A stretch of DNA of 64,000 nt from Chrysomallon squamiferum (Eukaryota; Animalia; Mollusca): contig CM022671.1 in assembly GCA_012295275.1 (NCBI GenBank), positions 17,236,001 to 17,300,000 of the forward strand, read 5' to 3'. Positions 46,201 through 61,159 of the stretch are shown piece by piece; the stretch's first letter is position 1, and the number at the start of each line of letters is the position of its first letter. Both the position numbers and the translations under genes were made by a program. The notes beneath the pieces were generated by a model. It ran no database searches. It was not told the origin of the DNA and saw only the letters and a list, made by a program, of their open reading frames with translations.

Positions 46201-49110
46201 GACATTTCGTAAACGAAAACATTTATTCGGCAGAACGTCTTCTTTCTTGTAAGTGTTAATTTTGATGATTGACCTAACGTGTTTGTCTTTGTTGTTTTGT
46301 TTTTGTTTGTTTTTAATTGTTTTTATTAGTTTGTTTTGATTGGTTTTGTTTGAAGGTTATTTTTGGTGGTTTTGTTGTTGTCTTTGTTTGACTTTTTTCT
46401 TTGTAGTCGATCTTTTTAAAAAAAAAAAAAAATTATTTTAAATTTAATTTTTTTCAGCTGTTATATAAGTATTCTGGGTTACGCCATTTAAGAGAGGATG
46501 TTCAACCTCAGGTGAAAACACATTTAAAAGAAAAAACTCCAACACCACCTACATTTAGCGAGTATGATAAGAGAGAACAAGATCAAAGCTAAGAGAAATA
46601 AATCAACCTAACTATAAAAAAACCTAATGTGAACGGATGTGAAGAATTAATAATGATCTAAATGTGATGGATCAGACACGTCAATCCACTAATTATATTA
46701 AAACATGCTGACTGAATCTTAGACTAATCTTTTCTTCGAGAAGATCTTGCTGCGTTTCCTATCATAAAAAGTGTAGCAGAGATATTGAAAACTACGTTTA
46801 ATCCACACATTACGTTGTTCATTGCTTTGGTAATAACAGAGAGAGAGAGAGAGAAAGAAAGAAAGAGCGAAGAGAAGAGATGCACGCACGCACACACACA
46901 CACACGTACATATAATATACATATAAACACTTATTTTGCTTTTTATCTTTCCTAACAACCACCATCGGTTTAATGATAAGTTTGACAACTGTTCTTATAT
47001 TCAACAACAACAGCAGCAAAACAAACAAGTTCTATTACTTCTGCTACATCAATAAACTTACTACTAGTACTACTACTCCTATTACTACTACTAGTACTAC
47101 TACTCCTATTACTACTACTAGTACTACTACTATTACTACTACTAGTACTACTACTATACAATAGATACTATTATTGTAATACATGCTGAGTGGGTTTTTT
47201 TTATGGGATCAATAAAAGCGTCTTCATTCTTGGAGAGTTTCACAAGGGGTATAATTAAATGGTGAAAAAGGAAGTCTGTTGATGACGTAAAGAATGACAA
47301 TCTCACAGCCCTTGAGCGTCTCCCGACACACTTCTTAATTGTAATTCCAAAACCATTTATCTGTAAGTGCGTCTTTAACATCGATGTAATAACACTGACA
47401 TTTTCTAAACTCACCGAGTGACAACAATTAAAAGTGGGGGAAAAAAAAGAATTCAGCCCGCGCTGTTTATAAATATTATTAAAGTTTATGCAGACTTGTA
47501 ATGAGAAAATATCGATGCAATGTTTCGATTATTATTGAACAGCCCTTTTTCCTTTATTGTTTTTGTTCTAGTTTCATTCCTTTTTTGTTTTTCTTTTGTT
47601 TCTTTTGTTGTTGTTTTTTCTTATTTATTTATTTTTTTTTTTTTTTTTTTTTTAATTTAAACTGATAACTGCACGTCTAAAATAATCCAAAAATTATTTT
47701 ATATAAATAAGAAATTAAAACAATTATTGGCAAATGTCTTTATCATCATCTTCGTCATTATTATTATTATTATTATTATTATGTTATCATCATAATATTT
47801 ATAATCACTTTCGCCATAATCAATCATTAGCTATCATTATTATATATTATAGTCACAATTGTCACTGCTAACCAGAAAAATCATCATCATCATCATCATT
47901 ATTATTATTATTAATAGTAGTAGTAGCAGAGTAATAAAAATATTAGAAGCAGTAATAGCAATAACAGTAAGTTGTAATAACAGTAGTAGTAATAAGAGTA
48001 GTAGTAGTAGCATTCGTTATAATTATTGTAGCAGTAGTAGTATAAATTGTTTGTGTTGTTTTTGAATCTTAGAACAGTTGCCAAATTAATACTTAAACAG
48101 ATGGTAGTATTAACAGAGTAGATTAAAAAAGAAAAAAAAAAAGAAAAAAAACATTTACTTTAAATGAAGAGGATTTCCGTTATTGCATTTGTAAAAATGA
48201 TGAAAACAAGGGCAAATTACTCTCGCAGATTTCAACATTTCAATACTTAACAAATTTTATAATATCGTTTAACTACATCGATTGACTCAGTCTTAGATAG
48301 GAGTATTTTATGTTGAACATCGAAAATAAACAGAAATATAAAATTTGTGATAAAAATTCAACAGCTGAGTAACACGGAAGAAGTCTCGTTTGTATTTAAC
48401 AGTTATTTTTCATGCTTACAATATAGCTAAAGCTCGGTATTCTTCAGGCTCGTACGCTAATAGGATAAACACATATAACTTGCGTATTAGCAGTTTTAAG
48501 TTTTGTTAAATCCAAAACAGTGTCTGATGGATATTTAATATAGTAATGGTTCTGAAAAAAAAAATAATAATAATAATAAAAAAATAAAAAAAATAAAAAA
48601 ATAAAAATAAAAATAAAATAAAATAAAAAATAAATTAATTAAAAATAAAAAATAAAATAAAAATATAAATAAATAAAATAAAATAATAATAAATAAAATA
48701 AAATAATAATTAATAAATAAAAAATAATAATAATAAATAGATAATAAAATAAAATAAATAATTAAATAAATTTGAAAAAACAAAATAATACTGAAGACAT
48801 TTATTAAGAGTGTTTTCTATCATAAATAGATAATGATGATGATGATGATGATGATGACGATGACGATCATGATACTCATTCGTATAAGTGTGAAAAGTAT
48901 ATTAAAAATAAACTACATAATTATATGAAAGTAATAAGTATATCAATTAAACAGTTTATTTTAATCAGGCATGCAGAATTTTAGAAAATATTAAGAATGC
49001 TGCTTGTAACAACAACAACAACAACAACAACAGCAACAGCAACCCAACAATAATAATAAGAAGAAGAAGGAAAAGAAGAAGTTAGAAAGAAAGATAGAAC
49101 AATAACAGTA

Positions 49111-49153
<43 letters not shown>

Positions 49154-49202
49154 TAACAATAATAATAATAACAATAACAATAACAATAACAATAACAATA
49201 AC

Positions 49203-49235
<33 letters not shown>

Positions 49236-51030
49236 GTAAATAAAAGACGATAATTATAATTTAGAATAATGCAGAAAGTAAGACATCGGCACTATACACA
49301 CTACTTTATGTGAACTAATGTTATTATCTTTTCTTCTTCATTTTCTTCCGCAGATGTTAAACTGCTTTCTTCTTCCAGAAAAGTACCTTCCTCCTTTCTG
49401 ACTTTCTAGATCAGTCCCTGATGGACACAGCACTGTTGACTTCGCTGATACAGTTTCTCACTAAGTTCTGATTACAGAGAATTGAGTTTCGCGTGCTTCG
49501 TGAATCAAGTTATTATGTCCCTTGGTCCGTCGATATACTTAACTTGCCGTTTGCAAGCGTGGAGTGGATACATTTAAATTTAAAATTCAAAATAGTCCTC
49601 AAAAATAAATAAATAAATAAAAGAAAAGAAAAGAAAAGAAAAGAAAAGAAAAGAAAAGAAGAAGAAGAAGAAGAAGAAGAAAAAAATCCTTGAACGAAAT
49701 ATAATTGTACTAAAAATATTTTTCAAAAACATGATTATATACCTGATTTTCCGAATTAAAATCGTAAATATATATATATATCAGTAAATAAATAAATAAA
49801 TTTTGTACAAAATATAAAGTTTTAGGTAGTATTGTTCTGGATACATAGATCATAATTCCTTCAAAACCAAATAAATGTAATTGTTTTTACACCGAAGCGC
49901 TGCTTCTAATACTACTACTGTTACTACCACCGACACTGCTACTACTATTGCTACAACTATTACTACTATTATTACCACAAATATTACTAGCACTATGACA
50001 ATTTGTACTACAACTATTACTACTACTAGTAGTAGTAGTAGTAATAGCAAAAGAAGAAGTAGTAGTTGTAGTAGTAATTTTAATAGTAGTAGTAATGGTA
50101 GGAGTAGTACTTGTAATAATAGTAGTCGTAGTTGTTGTAGTAGTATTAATGGTAGTTGTATAAACATTTAATTGAAAGTATACATAATGTATATATATTA
50201 TTTTCGCATGTCTAGTGAAAGACTCTTCCTTTAATTCACGAATTTTCGTTTATATGATCCATATTTAATTATTAGCAAACGTATAGAAACACACACGCAC
50301 GCACGCACACACGCACAAAACAATAATACATACATGCTCCAAATCAATGTTTTTATTTGTTAAGTTTAAGATGGCGGCAATTATATATTTTCGCACTACA
50401 AAACAATTGTACTTTAATCCTAAGAGATGGAAATCTTTACCGATGTCTCTAAACACTGTTTATTCAGCTACTGGTACTAGTAAAATATGGAGAGCTCTGA
50501 CAACAAACCAGGAAGTAGTCTTTATACCATTACTATCGATTAGCAATTATGAATTCTGAATATGTACTTTTCTATTGACGCTCATTTCTAAAAAAAGATC
50601 AATCAGCAGCGAGAATTCTCAAATACGGTGAACCTTTCATTATTATTATTATTAGTAGTAGTAGTAGTAGCAGTAGTAGTAGTAAAGGTAGTTGTTGTAG
50701 TGGTGGTAGTAGTAGTGTTGTAATCATCATCATCATTATTATGGTTGTTGTTATTACTAATGCTTCTTACTACAACTAACTGTTATTTTAATTATTGCTG
50801 TTGTTGTTGTTGTTATTGCTGTGCGAATGCTAAATATTTGTCACTTTCCAGTCTTTTGAAAACATTTAAATTCCAATCGAGTTACATAAATGATATTCAG
50901 AGATACTGTATTATACACCTTGAATATTCATGATCATAAAACATTGTTGGGTCACAGATAGAGACCTTTGTTTTGGTAGATAAGTTATTATGACGTCGTG
51001 TCGTTTATTAATATAAAGCAATTAGAACTA

Positions 51031-51684
51031 CAGTTGTACCTCGACTTACGAGTGCTCCAACTTACGAGTTTTGTGAGTTATGAGCAGGCGACCTATCGAT
51101 TTTTTGCTTTGAGTTACAAGCCAAAAATCCGAGTTACGATCTAGCTTCAGATACGCCGCCGCTAGTTGGCGCAACGAACAACACAACATCTTCCCAGCAT
51201 CACAACCTCACTCGTTTGCTTGAAGTGGAAGCAACTCTGTTGTGTTGTGCAGTATGTTCAGTATGTGTGCAGTATGTTCCCAAATTTCCATGGATCCTAA
51301 GAAAGTGTGTGTAAAGAACAGTGCTGAGAAGAAGAAACGGATGATGTCCATTGAATTAAAGCATGAAATCACAGACAAACATGAGAGATATGTGCGTGTA
51401 GTCAACATGGCTAGGCAGTACGAGCGTAGCACTTTTAAGATATGTACCATACTGACGCAGAAGGAGTCGATAAAGGCTATAATTCCAGCCAAAGGCGTTA
51501 AAATAATTTCTAAGCTGCGGATCTCTGTCCATGAAAAGATCGAAAAACCCTAATTCTGTGCACTTTACAAAACCAATTTATTTCTTTACATTCTGCTTTA
51601 TTTGGGTTTTTTGTGCAATATTTGTCATTCATTTGATATACGAGCAAATTGAACGAATTAAACTTGTAAGTCAATGTACCACTG
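51031..51684 (+). mobile_element. Internally deleted Tigger/pogo (Tc1-mariner superfamily) DNA transposon, 654 bp
   Basis: TA|CAGTTGTACCTCGACTTACGAG ... CTTGTAAGTCAATGTACCACTG|TA gives imperfect TIRs with a TA target-site duplication. Subterminal (C/G)TTACGAG-like repeats occur at the left end. Contains the start of a transposase ORF. Confidence 0.92.
51290..51553 (+). pseudogene. Truncated Tigger-type transposase (CENP-B N-terminal / HTH-psq DNA-binding domain only, 87 aa)
   Basis: MDPKKVCVKNSAEKKKRMMSIELKHEITDKHERYVRVVNMARQYERSTFKICTILTQKESIK... follows the pogo/Tigger pattern KKRxxxxIExKxEII...xxAxxYxxxxSTIxTILKxK. It terminates before the second HTH and the DDE domain. Confidence 0.88.
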
Positions 51685-52168
51685 TAGATACTAATTCAAT
51701 GTTTGTAGTAATGAATTATAGTTACAAAAAAACTTTTTTTTTCTTGAATTTTGAATAGAAATTAGATTTTTTCTTCTGCTTCTTTTACTGACTTTATTCT
51801 TTTTGTTTTGATTATCTCCCTTATTTCTTTTCTTTTTTGTTTTAATTTATTCTTTGTTTTAATTTGATGTAATAACTGATCGTTACTTTTCTTGGAATAT
51901 AGCTCAAAGCAAACGAATTTCCTTAATCGATAAAAAGACAAATAAAATAAAGAAAAAAACTAGAAAGAATAAGAAAAAGAAAAAAAATAAGAAAAGAAAA
52001 CTTGTTTATACAGACTATGAAAAATTATGCCTGATAATAAATGATTTAGTTAAATTTTTTAATTTTTAATTTTTTGATGTTTTTACTTAGAAAAGAAAAA
52101 TTCTCAATTAAATTAGTAAAAGAGTACAATCGAATTTCCTTTTTAAATCGAAAGATAAAAAGGGACAA

Positions 52169-52204
<36 letters not shown>

Positions 52205-53309
52205 CTGTGTATGTCTGTGTGTGTGTGTGTGTGTGTATGTGTGTGTGTATGTGTGTGTGTTTGTGTGTGTGTCTTGTGTTATTTTTCTTTCTTTTTTTTT
52301 GAAACGTTATATTAGGTTTGACATAAAGATTATCAAATATCAATGACAAATTTGACCAAGAATCTCTGTCAGTAAACCCTATGATTATACTCTCTGATTT
52401 GATTTTTTTTAATTTGTTTAAACTAACATATTTAATTTATAGATTTCTTCACATTCATTGATCAGCCTTCCAGTACTATTACTGCTGTTGTCGCTGATGC
52501 TGTAATTATTGCCAATACCATTACTTTTACTGCTGTTACTATCAATGTTGCTGCTACAATTACAACTACTACTACTGTACTACTACTACTGCTGCTACTA
52601 GTACAATAACTACTATTACAGCCTCTTCTGCTACTATTACAATACTACTATTGCTTCTGCTACTAGAGTTACTGCCTCCACTGCTGCTGATGTTGCCACT
52701 GTTGCTACTGATGCTGTTGTTAGTGATTACTGAATTGTTGAACTTATATTTTAAATGAAGTCAAGACAAAAGTATTGCCATCAATAATACAAAACGTTTT
52801 TCTTTTTAATTGTTTGATGAATATTAAAGATGCTTTCAAAAAGAATTTCATTTCATTTCAGTTATTATTTTGTTTTTAAATTTATTCATATCTTCTCATG
52901 ACTTCATCTACTCACTCTCTTTTCCACACACAAATATACACAAACTAATAAACACTCAGATACACATATATATACACATATGATTCTAATTTGGTAGTGA
53001 CTGAACTGAATATAACTTTATTTACACTCATGGCCGCCATATATATTTGCTTATCCGTGCATGTGTCTTTGTTTGTGCACATGTCAATGATTATAAAAGG
53101 ATCACTGTAATAGAAAGAAGAAAGAAAGTTTGTGTTAACTAGCAGACTTAACAAAACTGCGGCACAATAAACTAAACACAGAGGCTAATCATCATGATAT
53201 CGACCATCAGAATTTGGACTTAATCCAAAGTGTCCGCTATCAGCGTTGAACCCACAAGACAAAGAACATGGATGTTTCGCATGTATTACGTAATTGGTCA
53301 TTTGTCTTA

Positions 53310-53630
53310 TTTATTTTACATGTATAATATAACCTGTTTACAGGTGAAAAAAACAAAAAAAAGTTTTACATGCGCAACGTAGCCTGTTTTATATGTATAA
53401 TATAACCTGTTTACATGTGTAACATAATCTGTATTACATGCATAGCATAACCTGTTTTACATGTATAATATAACCTATATTACATATATAACATAATCTG
53501 TTTTACATGTATAACATAGTCTGTTTTACATATATAACATAACCTGTTTCACATGTATAAATTAATCTGTTTTACGTGTATAAATTAATCTGTTTTACGT
53601 GTATAACCTGTTTTACATGTATAACATGAA
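53310..53630. repeat. ~22-bp minisatellite
   Basis: Repeats of ATAACATAA(C/T)CTGTTTTACATGT. Confidence 0.88.
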
Positions 53631-56302
53631 AATACGTGTAGAATAACAGATAATTAAATACGACGCTGGACTAAATTATGATTAAATTATTATATGTAGT
53701 CTTATATTCGTTTTGTCCTGGCTTTGCTACAAGACGTGTGTAACTGAAAGTAATATATATATATATATATATATATAATAAAACAAAATAAATATTTGTT
53801 CAGCAACGTCTGAAGTCATTTTAATTTTAATATCAGATATATGTTGTTTTGTCACTGTTGTTCTTGTGGTTCAGAGACCATTCCGCTCTTGTTTTATTCT
53901 CTGCCACACCTAACGTGCTAATGTTGTATGGCAAAACAATACAGGCTCATTGACTCCGTGTGAGCTTTTAGTAGACGAAAATTAGTTTGAAAATATTGAC
54001 CAGTATGAAAAGCTTTAGCGACGGATTACGAGAATTAATTCTGTATTAATCTATACAGAATAAAAACTCTTTGTAATTTAACAACTGATTCCTAATACAG
54101 CTTGATAAAATACAAGAAAAAATATAATAAAAATTAAATAATAAAATAAAATATAATAAAATTAGAAAAAAAAAAAATATATAAATATTATTTAAAGGAG
54201 TTCATGAGGTGAAATTCATTAGATTTTGTCTTATTATTTTTTCCAGAAGATGTTAAAATAATAATAATCTATGCTGAGTGACAGTTTGCTAAATTAATTT
54301 AGCACATTACTGTTCTTTTCAAAAAAGCGATAAATCTATGTTGTGTTAAAAACAAAATGATATTATGAAATAATGAGGTTTCTGTTTTATCACCGGTGAT
54401 ATTTTCGTTAATTAGCTGCCTTAAAAGTTAATAAATAAATATCCATAAATATTACGATGAACATGGAAACTGGACAGAATTCATCGACGTAACATTTCTT
54501 CGTACTCATAAATTAATTCATTTTGTCATCTGCATCGAACAGATATAATAACTATCGAATTTTGTTAAGTGACGGTATTAAAATAAACTGGGTGACCCCA
54601 TAATATGGATTATTTAGTTGTCTTTGTAATAGTAATAGTAGTAGTTGTGGTAAAATAGTAGTAAAATAGTAGTAGTAGTAGTGGTGGTAGTAGCAGTAGC
54701 TGATGTGTAATAATAGTAATATTTATATTAACATAGTGTTTGTAGTAGCAGTATATGTAGTAGGAGTAGTAGAAATAGTAATACTAATAGTAGTAGTAGT
54801 AGTTGTTGTTGTTGTTGTTGTTGTAATAATATTTATATTAACTTAGTGGTTATAGTAGTAGTATTGGTAGTAGAGTACTAGTAGTAGTAGCAGTAACAGA
54901 AGCAGCAACAGAAGCAGAATAATACTAGTGATATTGGGGTGTTTTTTTTTAATCATTATCACTTAATACTTCTAGTAGTAGTAGTAGTAGTAGTAGTAGT
55001 AATAGTAATAGTAATAGTAGTAATACTAGTAATGGTAGTAATAGTAGCAGTAGTAGTAATATTAGTACTTGCATTAGTAATGGTAGTAATAGTAGCAGCA
55101 TTAATAGTAATATTAGTACTTGTATTACTAATGGTAACAGTAGCAGCAGTAGTAGAAGTAGCAGTACCTGTAGTAGAAGAAGTAGCAACAACAGTCGCAA
55201 AAACAGTATCAGAAATATGGTTATTAGAGTTGTGCAACTGTTCGACCTATTAATTTGCTTTGTTTTTTTCTTACTAATCATTACCATGTAGACCATTCAT
55301 CATCTCTCCCAAACAAATACGATAATAGCGTTTCTAACTGCTTTTACTGGACGTTATGGAATTATTACGACAATCGTAATTAACGCGTAAATATGAAATT
55401 CCGTGCGATACAAGATTATGCACCTTGTTTCCTCATTGTAAATGGACTTGTCTTCTGTAATCATGAGTTATATCCATTAGCTCGACGTTTCCAATCGCGC
55501 CACTGATTTTTATTATCTTGTGCATTTTACAAATATGAGTTTTTAAAAATGTGTACAGCGTTTCAGTATTGACCAAGGTTTATGAATTATAATTAACGAT
55601 ATTGCTGAGTTTTATAACGATGGCAATCATCGCTCGGTTCATGGTCAGAACAAACACACTAAAGTACAACAATGCTACAGATTTAAAAGACGAACTGAAA
55701 GATGAAACAGTTACGTTACAAGATTGTGATTTTTTTTTTTTTTTTTTCTCACCACTTAAGTGGTAAAATGATAGAATAATTCAATTAAAAAGTTGAGTGA
55801 GTCACGGTTATCAGTAAAATTATACTTTGAATTGTTTAGAAATAACACAATAACCTTTTTATATTTGTATCTCTGATATATTAATCGTTTGTAACATTAA
55901 AGCTATTACACAATTTGTATTCCATGTTAAACGAAGTATTGGATACATGCTTTATGTACGCTAAATAGTTTCTAATATTACTGATAATTATCCCAAATTA
56001 TTAAGTGAAGTAAAATTGCTAGGGATACTTTCTTTATGTAATATTAAGCAGTTTCTAACATTTTGACATATTAACTAACCAAATATTTAATATTGTCTTG
56101 ACGCATGTTTCACTTTATATGCATCAAGTTATTTCCGACTTTATATAAAATGTTTAATGTAATGAAAATTGCTTTGGAAACACATCTTATTACGTTGGTT
56201 CTGATAATATCCAAAAGTTACTTCATGTTAAATTATGAACTCCGTTATATTTTAAGCGACACAGTATTGCTTTGAATACATTTTTAACTTTAGCTTAAGC
56301 TG

Positions 56303-56338
<36 letters not shown>

Positions 56339-57666
56339 GCGTAATAGCAGCACTAGTATTACTGCTACTGTTATCATCATCAGCTATCTTTGCATGAAAT
56401 CTAATGTAATATGATATAGAAAACATAAAAATGTAATTTAAATATTTCTCTGCCCCAGTGGTTATTTCATGTTAAAAAAAGCGTACAGATATCGATAACG
56501 TTCTTTAATTTCTGTGCATTAAATCATTTCTGATATGATGGCTATTTATAACAATTTAAAACTGAAATGGAAAGCAAAATTATTAGTAACTGAAAAAGTG
56601 TTAACTTTACAACAGAAATTACTTACAGAAAACACATAAATTTAATTTAAAAAAAAAAATCCATATCTGGTATATTATTAATTGTATCAACCTTTATGCG
56701 AAGCAGTACTGATGTAATCACTTAGTTCAATGTACAAGCATTTCGACTTTTCTGACCGGTTATCCACATTTTAAATGTCATCAGTTACATAAATCAACAT
56801 TGCTTTAAATAGCTTATTTACTTTTCAGGATTACATAACTGTTTTGCTACAACGCAGAACAGAAACAAATCGTTTCAAGCAGCATTTTTAACACTGATAT
56901 CGTTTATCTTTTGTAATATCAATTAACTTAATGTCAAATTAAAAAACGCATATAAATACTACAGAGGACAGAAGCTACACTTGATTTAATGCATTGACGT
57001 ATCACAGAACATTAAATTTTTTAAATGAACTTCTAACAATGGCATTTGTATTAACAATTTCCAGTTTTGGAGCTGAAGTGACATTTGGATTGTTTCTTGT
57101 TTCTTTTTTATTCTCCTCTTTTTATCCTTCATTTTTTTTTTTTTTTTTTTTTTTTTAATCTTTTTTTTTTTTTTTCTTATTAGAAGGAGTCGTGTTAGTT
57201 CTAGTATTAGTAGTAACAATCGTAGCAGATGCTGTATAGTAGTAATATTAGTAGTAGTAGTAGTAGTATTAATAGTAGTAGTAGTAATTTCTTTAGCAAA
57301 GCAGCAGTGTGTAGTATTAGTGTTAGTAATAGTTAGTAGAAGGATAAAAACTCGAGCAACAGCAGTGGTAGCAGTGATGGTTTTAATCTAGATGTAAAAG
57401 TAGCAGCAATAGTATTGTTACCTTTTTCATCATCACATGTATTTGCATGAAGTGTACTATGGTGTAGAAAATAGAATATAACATTTCTAAATTAACACAG
57501 TTTCTCTTAGTTCAAATATTTTAAGAGATAGCTAAAGAAAGCAAGAAAGAAAGAAAGACAGAAAGATAGATGGATAGATAAATAGATAGATAGATATGAT
57601 ATTTAATACAACACTGTAAATCCATTCATCGATAGATAGGCAGACAGAGACTGGCGGACACAAACG

Positions 57667-57754
<88 letters not shown>

Positions 57755-59847
57755 CGCTTATGATTGCCTCTGTTTAAATGGTAATTTTGACACTGAAATG
57801 TTTTGCCATGTTTACAGTACTGAGCTTTCAGAGATCTCCGAAGTGCATACATATCATGTTCTGTATTATTTATGATTTCCCAGACGAACTTAATTTTAAG
57901 AGAAAAAAAATATAAAGAATAAATCCTCCGTGCACAAGAACTAAGTTAATACGACTGAAAGATATGATTATATTTAATACCGATTTTATGCACCAAAGCA
58001 ATCTGCGGACTTGTGTCTAAAACTGGAAATCACTTGAATGGCTTCTAAATATGTTTATAATTTGTGAAAGAGAGAAACGAAGCATATGTACGAATTCATG
58101 GATATATCCAAAATGCTGAAAATGTACAAGAGAAATGATGAAAAAAAAAAAAAACAGTTTTGCGATGTTCTTAAAGGTCTAGTTGCTATTACTGCCATTA
58201 ATTTCACGCTGTAATCGCCAGCACACTGAACGAAGCCATGGAAGGCGTTGGCTTGTCACTGCGGAATTCCCTCGCTCACGTTAACTGCGAGACGTTCTGT
58301 CAGGGGACATCATCACGACAACAGTTCAGAACGAAGGAGCGTCACGTTAACGTCGTTGAATTCGTTTGACCTCTCGCGGCGCCTCAACTCTCGGCGTGAT
58401 CAGAGAGCACAAGAGTGATTTGTGACGCTCAAGAAGTGACGATTGCAGCTTAGCGGCTAGAGCTCCAATCTGAGTGATGATTCGCCATTTTATCAAGTCT
58501 TCTTCTAGCCCTGTTTGACTAGTTTCAGTGCCAGCCGATATCCTATCGCTGTCTTAGCAAAAGATACTGACGAAGATTTTTTTTCAATTTTTTTTTTCAT
58601 TTTATTTGAATATGCATTTCAACTGTTATTACTGTCTATCAAGGATATTTCAGAAATGTAAATAAATAAATGGCAATTTGTAATATTCATCATGACATTT
58701 TAAAAATGCAGCATCTGTGGTTATTATTGCAATGGGTAAGAAATAAACAAAATTTTTAAAGGCGTAATTCTCCTGAAGTTCACTGGCTGATTAATTTAAT
58801 TGTGTTCATCTGATATCGGGTTTCTGGTTTTGAAAAGAACATTGTCCTGTGTTTTTGTGGAGTTTTGTATTATGTGAATAGAAAAAAGAAAGGGTGTTTA
58901 TTACTGTTTTGTTATACCTAAAAATCATTTTTCTAATATTTATTTATTTATTTATAGTTCGTTTTGTACCAGATATCAGATATTGCTAAAAAAAAAAAAA
59001 AAAAAAAATTTGATATTAAGTAGATGCAAATTTTCTGAATTTTCGCGATGCTTTTGTAAGAAACGAAAACAAAAAAAATAATGATATAATTACAAAAAAA
59101 AAAAAAGATAATGAGAAAGAAAAAGGAGATGAAATAAAGGCAAAAGAATGTCTGAGAGAAAGAAAAAAAAAGAAAGAAAGAAAGAAGAGAACACACACTG
59201 GACTGACAGAGGTGTTAATTATTCAAAGATAAAATAAAAATGAGTAAATCATGGATTCACAAATCTAAATAGTCTGCTATGATTGTTTACTTTCTGATCT
59301 ATTTGTGAACAGACGTCAGTTTATTTTTAACAAACGTTTGGCAAATACACAGAATCTACTTTCAGTGTGAGAAATGAATGGCAGATGGACACTGAGAGAT
59401 TTCATACTTCTTAGACAGAATATTATTTTAAACAGATGGGTTCTACGAGGGATTCCACCATTTTATGTTTGTGTTAAAATCCTGGGATTCATATCACTGT
59501 AGACGATACTCTAAAACGAGGTTAATAATCATATTGCTATTATTTATTACCTATTATTACCTGAAATAACAAAAAGTTATAATTTTGACGTATTTTTTAT
59601 TACTTATATTAATGATTTTTTTTTTTCAGTGTAAGATGTTACAGTAAGTGTAAAGTATTCATAGCCATGTTTACTACCTACACACATCAGACTACATCTG
59701 TGTCTGAATACGATAACAATTGGTCTGGCGATTTGAACTGCATTTGCAGAAGTCTCTTGAGATGTTATAGAATTCACGGAGTTCTTTTTATCAATGAAGC
59801 TATTGTTAGCTCAGTCGTTAAAACTGGTTGTCTATGTGTCTGTGTCT

Positions 59848-59967
<120 letters not shown>

Positions 59968-61159
59968 AAAAAGTGAACGAAGAAGAAAAACATCTTCAGC
60001 AGTTCATAGCAAGAAATTGCTATGGGAATTCATCACTCAATCATTCTTCTTCTTCTTCTTCATCTTTTTTTTGTGTCAGTTTCAAAGCAGTATGTTCATA
60101 GTGTCTTATAAACTGTATGTTTTTAATCTGGGACATTGGTCAAAGGGTTGAGAAAGAATAATAACTACATAAGCTGACGTTTATTTTTCGATTAACAGTA
60201 TTCCTGAACCAAAGTAACTTTATAATATCTGTAACATTCTGCCAATTACTGTACACAGTGTAATGTAAAGTTAACAATTTTCATTGACCAATCTACAACC
60301 CGGCCTCGTTACAAACAGCCCTAGATCCGCCTATGAGTTCACGTCAAAACAGTTGATGTTAAATACATTAATATATACGAATCACTTTAGGAACGGAGAG
60401 TCAGAAGTTACCGAGATCTAGATTTGTGAAACAAGCATTTTGATTGGCCAGCCAATCGGCCATGAATAAACCGTAGGAAAAAAAAAAAAAAAAAAAAACA
60501 GGCATTGCATCAGAATCGGCTGTCGAATTTACTCACTGTATCCAATATTTTATAAAAAATAAAATTAATAAAATAAAAAGTGAAAAAAAAAAGTTGAAAG
60601 TGTTTTTAAATCATTTAAGAATTCATGTAATTTTGTTTTTATCACATAACTGACAGTGATATGTTATATTTGTTTTCAGACAAATTTCTTTTGAAACAAA
60701 GGCTTTTTAAGCAGTGTATTTTGTTAGCCAAGCATTCAAAGACTGCTCTTCAGAATATTAATAAACACTGCTCCTTATAACGATCTCTCGATCGATTGAT
60801 ATGCTTCGACGTACTTGTGAAAGTGAAAGCATTTGTCACTGACCATTGGCATTTACCGGAAGACGTTCCAACAGCGATTTTCCCTTTAACGCTTTCATTA
60901 CTTGGTGTTCTTGTATTCCTTGCTACGCACAATTAAATAAATATTTATGATTTCTTGTTATACAGATCTGACATGAATTTGGCAGCATTACTGCACATTC
61001 ATCACATGTTATTGTTAAGGTGAGAGTGACATACATACGTACTTACGTACTCAAGCGTACGGTTTGTCGATCGAATTATTTTCTGTGAAATGTAATTCAT
61101 CTTTGAAGTTCTACCAGAGCGATAGTCCTAGAATTGTGAATCGGCTTCTGTTAGTAACG

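Noticed and set aside
47154-47414. 86-aa minus-strand ORF with complex sequence
   Set aside because: Non-ATG start, no recognisable domain and no codon bias; not a further GPCR exon.
55751-55764. Perfect 14-bp palindrome ACCACTTAAGTGGT (paired NK2-like sites)
   Set aside because: A single palindrome of this length is expected by chance in 64 kb.
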